From NCBI GenBank assembly GCA_947475165.1, contig CANJLD010000013.1, positions 13,250 through 77,249 of the forward strand: a stretch of 64,000 nucleotides of DNA. Reading direction: 5' to 3'. Source of the stretch: Bacteroidota bacterium (GTDB taxonomy: Bacteria > Bacteroidota > Bacteroidia > Chitinophagales > LD1). Position 1 is the first letter of the stretch, and each line of letters starts with the position of its first letter. A program made the translations under genes and the position numbers. Below are positions 11,062 through 17,782 of the stretch, piece by piece. The notes beneath the pieces were generated by a model. That model saw nothing but the letters and a program-made list of their open reading frames with translations, did no database searches and was not told the DNA's origin.

Positions 11062-11080
11062 GTTTAGATAGCGTCTAAAC
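11062..11080. promoter_or_regulatory. perfect 7-bp-arm palindrome GTTTAGA-N5-TCTAAAC, candidate operator upstream of sufB
   Basis: Read directly from the sequence: agtttagatagcgtctaaac, 38-56 bp upstream of the sufB ATG. Confidence 0.25.
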
Positions 11081-11303
11081 AAAGATAAGCAGGATATTGT
11101 TTAGTAAAAATGCGAAAGACCTCTTCACAGATGGGCTTTCATTGGTGTTATAGTTCGCATGGGAACTTATACCTGAATGACAGTCAGTTATTTAACTGGC
11201 AGTTAAATAAGCTGCGCATCATCTTTCATAAATAGTTACCAATGCAGAGGTGAAAAAGTCGTTTGCAGGACTGACAAAATACAATGCAGCGTATTAAATG
11301 CGA

Positions 11304-11333
11304 TTAAACGCATAGGCGCATAGGGAACATAGG
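11304..11333. repeat. single copy of octamer-triplet element (CGCATAGG CGCATAGG GAACATAGG)
   Basis: ttaaacgcataggcgcatagggaacatagg is about 85 percent identical to one arm of the inverted repeat at 16280-16358. Confidence 0.6.
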
Positions 11334-11555
11334 TTAATTGAAAAGCCTGTTTGTTTGTAAGTTTGAGATGCCTGCGGAACTATGGAATAGTATGAAACAG
11401 CCAACGAAGTTCAGCCATGTGACAGGTTCCTGTCCGGCCGCAAGGCTAAATGAATGGGGCTTAAATGACGGCAACAGATTGTAAACCTAACTGATAAATA
11501 AGACGGCTTTTATAAAATGGTTGTTGGTGATAACACCAACAATAGCGAAAAATGA

Positions 11556-11592
11556 AATAAAAAAAACGCCCCGCAAAAAATGCGGGGCGTTT
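11556..11592 (-). terminator. rho-independent terminator after the 11634-11969 gene
   Basis: A 9-bp GC-rich stem (acgccccgc / gcggggcgt) has an A-run on the plus strand, which is a T-run on the minus strand. It sits 42 nt past the stop codon. Confidence 0.85.
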
Positions 11593-11633
11593 AAGAAAAC
11601 TCTATAGCTTAAACAAGCAATTGCAAAATGTAG

Positions 11634-11969
11634 TTACTCCTTTTTTGTTGGTTCGTCAATACTTGATTTCTCCACAGGTTTAGCTGGCGTTCCGCTCGCT
11701 TTTTGAGTACCTGCTGCTGGTACCGAACTGCTGGGTTTATTTGCCGGCTGTCGTACTGTCTTTGAATCGTATTGAGTAACCGCTGGCTTGGCAGCAGGGG
11801 CAGGGGTATTCGTGCTTACTGTTACGGGATTGCCGATGGTTACAGGAGGAGAAACGGCAGGATTCAACTTTTGAATTTCAGGCGAACGGTCGTCTACACG
11901 TGCCGTTTGCGCTGATGCGCTAATGCTGATGGCTGTGCCGATAAGAATGGTCATTATTATCTTTTTCAT
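11634..11969 (-). CDS. small secreted Pro/Ala/Thr-rich protein
   Basis: Signal peptide MKKIIMTILIGTAISISASAQ followed by low-complexity P/A/T/S-rich sequence. It is the last gene of a minus-strand operon. Confidence 0.65.
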   Translation of the reverse strand: MKKIIMTILIGTAISISASAQTARVDDRSPEIQKLNPAVSPPVTIGNPVTVSTNTPAPAAKPAVTQYDSKTVRQPANKPSSSVPAAGTQKASGTPAKPVEKSSIDEPTKKE

Positions 11970-12058
11970 GTTTCTGTTTTTTAAAGCGATGCAGCAACAT
12001 CTTTTACTGCTGCATCGCTATTATGAATAATTTTTTATTTCAATTAATAATCTAAATC

Positions 12059-13963
12059 TTAAGGTTCAGTAACCATAATCCAGCCATTCATCCAATCATT
12101 GCTGTTAATAGTATTTGCGCTGCTGTTACGAACACCAAAACCAATGGTATAAGTTCCTGCAGGAAGTGTAACAGACTCCGCTGCAGCCCAACCAATCCGT
12201 TGGGTTCCCATAACACCTTCCATATAGTTGCTTCCGGCAAAATGAGTTACTGTTCCCGCACCTAACTGATAGCACAAACCATAATCAAAAGAACCTCCTG
12301 CTACGGTAGAAGCCATTTGAGCAACTGCTGAGCCGGTAATTTTTTTGGTTGAAGTAAGTGTAACAGTAACCGTAGGACCTGCAAATACATACACAGAAGA
12401 ACTGGCGGCAATAGTGGAAACAAGGCCATTAAAAGCACTAATTGTTGGCGAAGGGTTTCCTTTCGATAAATTACCGTTAGCATCAATTGCTACAAAGGTT
12501 CCGGTTCCTGCTAAATTTTCCATTCGAACAGTTCCGTTGGTATGCAGCAAGGCAGTTGGGTCAACACCTCCAATACCCACAAAACCGGTAGCATCTTGTA
12601 TCACAAAGCGGCTTCCTCCGCCACCCAATTCAAATATTTCGTAATAATTATCAGCAGGGCGGTTGCGGGTATTCCACTGATTAACTCCTGCTTTTACAAA
12701 ACGTAAAGCAGCATCACCACTGCTGGCATCAATATCTACCACGCTGAAACTGGCTGTTGATTTTACTAAAAGTCCGGTAGCACCTCCGTGGTCAACCTCT
12801 AATTTATAAGCGGGTGTTACAGTACCTATTCCAACATTTGTTCCATCGTCAAAAATCTGGCTGCACGTTGCTGTAGTTCCATTTGATTTAAGAACTGTGT
12901 TGGCTGTTGCACAACCCACAGGGCCTGTTGCTCCCGTTGCACCGGTAACACCTGTGCCTGTTGCACCTGTTGCTCCAGCAACACCTGTGCCTGTTGCACC
13001 TGTTGCACCTGTTGCACCTGTTGCTCCAGCAACACCTGTGCCTGTTGCACCTGTTGCACCTGTTGCTCCAGCAACACCTGTGCCTGTTGCACCTGTTGCA
13101 CCTGTTGCTCCAGCAACACCTGCGCCTGTAGCTCCCGTTGCTCCGGTTGCGCCTGTAGCTCCGGTTGCACCTGTAGCACCACCGCCTGCTCCTGTTGCGC
13201 CTGTTGGGCCTGTAGCACCGGTTGCCCCTGTAGCACCACCGCCTGCACCTGTTGCACCTGTTGCGCCTGTTGCACCTGTTGTGCCTGCTCCTGTTGCTCC
13301 GGTTGCACCTATTGCGCCAGTTGCTCCGGTTGCACCTGTTGTGCCTGCACCTGTTGCACCAGTCGCTCCTATTGCGCCAGTTGCACCTTGAGGTCCGGTT
13401 GCGCCAGTTGCACCTTGAGGTCCGGTTGCTCCGGTTGGTCCGGCACCTGAACCTGTTGCACCTGTTGCGCCAGTCGCTCCTGTTGCACCTGTAGTTCCTG
13501 CTCCGGTTGCTCCGTCAGCACCCGTTGGTCCTTGTGGTCCTGTAGCTCCTGTTGCACCGGTTGCTCCTGCAGCCGAGTTAGCTGCGTATAAAGCGTAAGG
13601 CACACTTAACAATTGAGAAGTTCCCATATCTACAAAACCCGCAGATGCCACGTTGACTTCAACCTGTAAAAATTTAGCTCCGCTGCCCCAGTTAACTGTG
13701 CTAAGGTTGCCAACGCTGCCTATTTGCACGTTTACTAAACCAAACTGGTTAGCTGTAGTATTGATTGTTTCGGTAAATACGCTGGTACCTGTGGCAGTGC
13801 CATCGTGAATGGTAAAGCGTAAAGATACCGTTGTGTTGTTGGCTACGGCTGCTCCCGTATTGGTGCGAACTACCGCTTGATAGTTCATTTGTTGTGGCGC
13901 TTGTGCCCAAAGGGTTGTTGCAGTAAGCAGAACTGCAGCGGCCAGGAGTAATCTTTGTTTCAT
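12059..13963 (-). CDS. secreted protein with collagen-like Gly-X-Y (GAT)n region and globular N- and C-terminal domains
   Basis: Signal peptide [21 protein letters not shown]. About 215 aa are dominated by [10 protein letters not shown]-type triplets. The C-terminal domain contains [16 protein letters not shown], a motif seen in fibre-like proteins. Confidence 0.85.
   Translation of the reverse strand: MKQRLLLAAAVLLTATTLWAQAPQQMNYQAVVRTNTGAAVANNTTVSLRFTIHDGTATGTSVFTETINTTANQFGLVNVQIGSVGNLSTVNWGSGAKFLQVEVNVASAGFVDMGTSQLLSVPYALYAANSAAGATGATGATGPQGPTGADGATGAGTTGATGATGATGATGSGAGPTGATGPQGATGATGPQGATGAIGATGATGAGTTGATGATGAIGATGATGAGTTGATGATGATGAGGGATGATGATGPTGATGAGGGATGATGATGATGATGATGAGVAGATGATGATGTGVAGATGATGATGTGVAGATGATGATGATGTGVAGATGATGTGVTGATGATGPVGCATANTVLKSNGTTATCSQIFDDGTNVGIGTVTPAYKLEVDHGGATGLLVKSTASFSVVDIDASSGDAALRFVKAGVNQWNTRNRPADNYYEIFELGGGGSRFVIQDATGFVGIGGVDPTALLHTNGTVRMENLAGTGTFVAIDANGNLSKGNPSPTISAFNGLVSTIAASSSVYVFAGPTVTVTLTSTKKITGSAVAQMASTVAGGSFDYGLCYQLGAGTVTHFAGSNYMEGVMGTQRIGWAAAESVTLPAGTYTIGFGVRNSSANTINSNDWMNGWIMVTEP
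12920..13570 (-). repeat. triplet-repeat DNA encoding the Gly-X-Y region, with internal 45-54 bp higher-order repeats
   Basis: Repeated cctgttgcacctgttgcacctgttgctccagcaacacctgtg blocks. The triplet repeat also generates spurious ORFs in other frames and on both strands. Confidence 0.85.
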
Positions 13964-13999
13964 GTGCTTATTTTTTAATTAGTGAATAAATTAAGAGGA

Positions 14000-14521
14000 T
14001 TAATTAATGATTTGAAATTTTTTAGAAACTGAATGAAGCTTGCCGTCTTTGTCGCTTACAAAGTTCATGGTAAGAATATACATTCCGGCTGCGTATAGCG
14101 AAACATTCAGTTGTTCTACTATTTTACCGCTATCGTAATTGGTATTGTATACATCCGAAATCTTCTGCCCTATGGCATTGTATAAAGTAATCTCAACTTT
14201 TCCTTCTTCCGGCAACAGGAAACCAAACCAAAGGTTGTCTACTGCGGGATTTGGATATACTACAAAGGAACCGAATTCATCCTTTGTCATATCTATTAGG
14301 CCGGTAATGTTATCGTTGGGTTGCTGAAAACCCTGGGTAAGAATGTTTCCGTTGGCCGAAAAGGTTTGCACCATAGTCATTTCGCCCACCGTGTATGAAA
14401 GACTGCCGTTTGCGTTTTGCGAATACCCACCGGTGCTGGCAATTACCGTTGGTGTTAGCATTTGGGCATTTGCTGCAAAAGCAAAAAACAGCATAAGCCA
14501 TGCGGTGTAGATTTTTTTCAT
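14000..14521 (-). CDS. small secreted protein with T9SS type-A C-terminal sorting domain
   Basis: The likely start is MKKIYTAWLMLFFAFAANAQ. The C-terminal region reads FVVYPNPAVDNLWFGF...GMYILTMNF...KKFQIIN. Its stop lies 36 bp upstream of the collagen-like gene. Confidence 0.8.
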   Translation of the reverse strand: MKKIYTAWLMLFFAFAANAQMLTPTVIASTGGYSQNANGSLSYTVGEMTMVQTFSANGNILTQGFQQPNDNITGLIDMTKDEFGSFVVYPNPAVDNLWFGFLLPEEGKVEITLYNAIGQKISDVYNTNYDSGKIVEQLNVSLYAAGMYILTMNFVSDKDGKLHSVSKKFQIIN

Positions 14522-14554
14522 GTGTATTGGTTTAGGTGGCAAGGTAAATAATAA

Positions 14555-14584
14555 ACGGAAAAAACAAGAAATTCCTTGTTTTTA
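14555..14584 (-). terminator. hairpin terminator (bidirectional shape) right after the DUF1353-like ORF
   Basis: aaaacaag-aaattc-cttgtttt, flanked by an A-run and a T-run. It starts 2 nt after the stop at 14586-14588. Confidence 0.6.
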
Positions 14585-14585
14585 T

Positions 14586-14801
14586 TTAAGCAGGAATTGT
14601 GGCACCGTCAAATCCTGTACCGGCAGGAACTTTCCACTGTTTACAGGACGGGACAATGTAGGCAAATTCATTTACAAGTTTCATTTTCCTGCCATCATCC
14701 AGCCACTCAGCAACTACTCTCCCAACAAACTTATCCTTTCGCTCAGGGCCAAATATGGCAACAGAAGAAAGCATTAATAACAGACCTGAAATTATTTTCA
14801 T
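14586..14801 (-). CDS. DUF1353-like N-terminal fragment (71 aa), probably a truncated gene
   Basis: The hydrophobic N-terminus and ...WKVPAGTGFDGATIPA match the DUF1353 core motif (vP.Gf.tDgaSiP), but the ORF stops immediately after the motif. Confidence 0.45.
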   Translation of the reverse strand: MKIISGLLLMLSSVAIFGPERKDKFVGRVVAEWLDDGRKMKLVNEFAYIVPSCKQWKVPAGTGFDGATIPA

Positions 14802-14904
14802 GTTTAGTATGTTTTGTTCTTCAGGTTAGTGCTGGTGTGGTGGGATAAGACCAACAAAGCCGAAAAATAAAATTTTGTTTTTTAATTAAGGCACAAGAAC
14901 CTGC

Positions 14905-15402
14905 CTAGCGGCACGCAGGCGCATGGCTAAATTGCCGGGCTGCATTCTTGCGCCAATTGCTTTTTGCGTTGCAAACGCTTTTGTAATCGCATCCTCGTTT
15001 CAAACGAGGACGAGCAGGGGTTGTATAATCGTTATGTTCCGGTAAATCATTGTTATGATTTATTGTGTTATAGTTATGATGTGCCAAATCATAACTATGT
15101 TTTGTTGTTTCATGGTTATGATGAGTTGTATAATCGTTATGTTGGGGTAAATCATATTTATGATTCATCGTGTAATGGTTATGATGCGCCAAATCATAAC
15201 TATGTTTAGTTGTATCATGGTTATGATGCGTTGTATAATGGTTATGTTGCGGTAAATCATAGTTATGATTTATGGTGCAATGGTTATGATGCGTCAAATC
15301 ATAACTATGTTTTGCTGTATCATGGTTATGATGCGTTGTATAATGGTTATGATGCGAAAAATAATTGCAATTATTTTTCGTGACATAACAATTATTTGGC
15401 AA
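14905..15402 (-). CDS. histidine-rich tandem-repeat protein (35-aa unit, HHNH / KHSYDL motifs)
   Basis: The 165-aa ORF spans the whole 105-bp repeat array. Of 21 inter-unit substitutions, 13 are at codon position 3, 7 at position 1 and 1 at position 2. I saw no signal peptide and recognise no homologue. Confidence 0.55.
   Translation of the reverse strand: MPNNCYVTKNNCNYFSHHNHYTTHHNHDTAKHSYDLTHHNHCTINHNYDLPQHNHYTTHHNHDTTKHSYDLAHHNHYTMNHKYDLPQHNDYTTHHNHETTKHSYDLAHHNYNTINHNNDLPEHNDYTTPARPRLKRGCDYKSVCNAKSNWRKNAARQFSHAPACR
15021..15351. repeat. 105-bp tandem repeat, about 3.1 copies
   Basis: Units start at 15021, 15126 and 15231, with a partial unit at 15336. Adjacent full units differ at 12 and 9 positions. 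Confidence 0.9.
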
Positions 15403-15418
15403 ATAATGGTCATTCCGC

Positions 15419-15496
15419 AGGGCAGAGTAGGAGGAAAGGGGCTGGTTTTGAGGGAAAAACGGAGAAAAAGGGGAGAATTGCGGAAAGAGGCAAGGG
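15419..15496. other. polypurine (plus strand) / polypyrimidine tract with quasi-mirror symmetry
   Basis: agggcagagtaggaggaaaggggctggttttgagggaaaaacggagaaaaaggggagaattgcggaaagaggcaaggg lies between the T9SS gene stop and the His-rich ORF start. Confidence 0.6.
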
Positions 15497-15497
15497 C

Positions 15498-16256
15498 TTA
15501 TTGCTTAACCACCCGGAAATACTTTGCGGAAGGTTGAGTTTGCAGTTTCAGAAAATAAACACCGGCAGGAACATCGCTCAGATTAATAGAAGAACCGGAA
15601 ACAAAATCTGTTTTAATAAGTGAACCGGTGAGACTGTGCAGGGTAAAGGGCGTGTTTTGTAGCGGATAACTCAAGTTCAGTTGCCGGGCTACTGGGTTAG
15701 GGTATACGATGAGCGCATCGCCCGAAATATCGCTTACACCGGTAAGCGTATTGCAGGTCTGCGAATGCGCATTCCAGTATTGCATAAAACTGTTGTAGGC
15801 CATTTTCCAAACCTGAAGTTCCTGCGGCACAAACGAGCCGCCCGAAATACGCCCGTAAAGTGTATCGTTTGCAAAACGAAGTTCGGGTGTAAAACCAAAA
15901 TTATAGGTGCGCACATAATCGCCAATTACCTGCCAGGGTTGGCTTACCGAATCCACCGGTGTTAAAGCCGCCAGCAAAGTATCGCCAATCTGCCCCATAT
16001 ATTCTGCCGACTGCGACACCGGTCCGTTGCAATCAAAATCGGTTCCGTTCCAAATGGTTATAGTGTCGCGGCTTTCGGTTCCTTTAATTACATCTAACAC
16101 CTGAAACCGTCTGCCATGCTGCACAGAGTCTATCATTACGCACCGCACCACCGTGCCATAGTTTTGCGAGAACTCGCAGAACGAACTAAACACAATAGAG
16201 CAGGAGTAGCCATAAGCTGAAGAGAGCAAGAGGAGAAAAGCGAGGAGTTTTTTCAT
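15498..16256 (-). CDS. secreted protein of unknown function with T9SS type-A C-terminal sorting domain
   Basis: The likely start is MKKLLAFLLLLSSAYG at 16256 (ORF track 16304). The C-terminus reads LIVYPNPVARQLNLSY...GVYFLKLQTQPSAKYFRVVKQ. Confidence 0.8.
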   Translation of the reverse strand: MKKLLAFLLLLSSAYGYSCSIVFSSFCEFSQNYGTVVRCVMIDSVQHGRRFQVLDVIKGTESRDTITIWNGTDFDCNGPVSQSAEYMGQIGDTLLAALTPVDSVSQPWQVIGDYVRTYNFGFTPELRFANDTLYGRISGGSFVPQELQVWKMAYNSFMQYWNAHSQTCNTLTGVSDISGDALIVYPNPVARQLNLSYPLQNTPFTLHSLTGSLIKTDFVSGSSINLSDVPAGVYFLKLQTQPSAKYFRVVKQ

Positions 16257-16279
16257 GGTGGCTAATTTAGGGAAATGCA

Positions 16280-16358
16280 TTAAACACATAGGCACATAGG
16301 TCACATAAGTGTAAAAGAATTTCTCTTTTTATGTGTTCTATGTGCCTATGTGTTTTAA
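16280..16358. repeat. long imperfect inverted repeat built from CACATAGG octamer triplets (about 29-bp arms, 20-nt loop)
   Basis: ttaaacacataggcacataggtcacataa ... ttatgtgttctatgtgcctatgtgttttaa, with about 27 of 29 positions complementary. It lies between the Rrf2 gene stop and the next gene start. Confidence 0.8.
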
Positions 16359-16361
16359 AAT

Positions 16362-16802
16362 CTATTTACGGTATCGTTTCAATTTCTTCTCTTTCTCCAG
16401 CAACACCGAAAAAGTATTATCCTTTAAAGTGGCAACCGTCTGCTCGCGTATTACTCGGAACACTTCGCGGATGGGGCAGGTAATTTCATCTACACATTCT
16501 TCGCAGGGCTCGTAATATTTATGCGCTACACAAGGCACAAGCGCAATAGCCCCATCAAATAGACGCATTACTTCTGCCATGTTTATTTTATCGGCAGGTT
16601 TAAGCAGATAATAGCCGCCACCCTTTCCTTTTTTGCTGCCGAGGTAACCGGCTTTGCGCAGTTCGAGCAGAATGGCTTCGAGAAACTTTTTGGGAATGTT
16701 TTCTTCGGTCGAAATCTCTTCAATCAGCACCGGTTCACCGGTTTTCTTTTTGGCAAGGTAGATGAGTGCCTTAATAGCATACTTCGATTTCTTGGTAATC
16801 AT
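16362..16802 (-). CDS. Rrf2 family transcriptional regulator with four-Cys cluster
   Basis: N-terminal wHTH signature MITKKSKYAIKALIYLA and a Cys pattern CX8CX2CX5C (PCVAHKYYEPCEECVDEITC). It is divergent from the TSUP gene. Confidence 0.85.
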   Translation of the reverse strand: MITKKSKYAIKALIYLAKKKTGEPVLIEEISTEENIPKKFLEAILLELRKAGYLGSKKGKGGGYYLLKPADKINMAEVMRLFDGAIALVPCVAHKYYEPCEECVDEITCPIREVFRVIREQTVATLKDNTFSVLLEKEKKLKRYRK

Positions 16803-16897
16803 GCCGTGAAAGTGCAAATATTTTACCTGATGCAGACAATCTTTCTATTACTCTATCGTTTTTGTAGAGAATTGCTATTTTTGCACCCTCTATTTAT

Positions 16898-17779
16898 ATG
16901 ACAGTTCTGCTTAACCGGTTTATTGGCACGCTCTATAAAGTGCGTTTGGTATTAATTCCCCTGCTTGTTTTACTGGTTTGTGTGGTGGTGTATTTAGTTG
17001 CCGCGCATTCTTTTCATGTCCCTTTCTCGCAAATATTTACACCCGAATTGCTCACTTACATTTTAGTAGGCATTGGCGCACAGTTAATAGACGGTGCTTT
17101 GGGTATGGCTTACGGTGTAAGTTCTACTACGTTTTTAATGAGTGTGGGTGTAAGCCCTGCTGCGGCAAGTGCGGCTGTGCATGTAAGCGAGGTTTTTACT
17201 ACCGGTGCATCGGGTTTATCGCACCTTGGGTTTAAGAACATTAATAAAAAACTGTTTCGCGCCATGGTTATTCCGGGCGTTCTCGGTGCTATGCTTGGCG
17301 CGTATGTGCTTACAAGTATTAATGGCGATTTTGTAAAACCTTTTGTTTCGCTTTACCTGCTGATAATGGGCGTAGTGATAATCCGGAAGGCATTGCGCAC
17401 AGTAATTGCAAAAGAAAAAGTAAGCAGAGTTGGTCTTCTTGCCTTAGCCGGTGGCTTTCTCGATTCTATTGGCGGTGGAGGCTGGGGACCGGTGGTTACT
17501 TCAACACTTTTGAGTAAAGGCAGAAGTCCGCAATACACAATTGGCACAGTAAACGCTACCGAGTTTTTTGTAACCTTTGCCAGTGCCGGTGTGTTTACCT
17601 GGTTCTTGGGTTTGCAAAACATTTCGGTAATTGCCGGTTTGGTGCTTGGCGGAATTATAGCCGCTCCTTTCGGTGCGCTGCTGGTAGGTAAAATAAAACC
17701 TAAACCGCTGATGATTGCCGTTGGCGTGCTGATAATTCTCCTTAGTTTGAGAAACCTTATCAAATTTCTTCCGCTGTAA
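16898..17779 (+). CDS. TauE/SafE (TSUP, DUF81) family anion exporter
   Basis: 293-aa polytopic membrane protein with two internal repeats and the Gly-rich helices typical of DUF81. Confidence 0.75.
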   Translation: MTVLLNRFIGTLYKVRLVLIPLLVLLVCVVVYLVAAHSFHVPFSQIFTPELLTYILVGIGAQLIDGALGMAYGVSSTTFLMSVGVSPAAASAAVHVSEVFTTGASGLSHLGFKNINKKLFRAMVIPGVLGAMLGAYVLTSINGDFVKPFVSLYLLIMGVVIIRKALRTVIAKEKVSRVGLLALAGGFLDSIGGGGWGPVVTSTLLSKGRSPQYTIGTVNATEFFVTFASAGVFTWFLGLQNISVIAGLVLGGIIAAPFGALLVGKIKPKPLMIAVGVLIILLSLRNLIKFLPL

Positions 17780-17782
17780 TTC

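Noticed and set aside
11425-11470. SRP (4.5S) RNA-like segment gacaggttcctgtccggccgcaaggc
   Set aside because: There is only superficial resemblance to the GGUCCGGAAGGAAGCAGCC domain IV core. The GGAA tetraloop and the symmetric-loop AGCA motif are absent on both strands, and no extended helix 5/8 pairing is visible.
12826-13605. ORFs of 78-164 aa in alternative frames and on the plus strand of the collagen-like region
   Set aside because: They are by-products of the GCN/GGN triplet repeat, which leaves every frame free of stops. Their products are pure Q/L/V/P/A low complexity. The collagen-like frame is the only one with a signal peptide and flanking globular domains.
11634-16304. Prophage or tailocin remnant, suggested by the collagen-like fibre protein and the DUF1353 fragment
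   Set aside because: There are no integrase, terminase, capsid, tail-tube, baseplate or lysis genes. The fibre-like protein has a Sec signal peptide and its neighbours are T9SS cargo, which points to a cellular surface structure.
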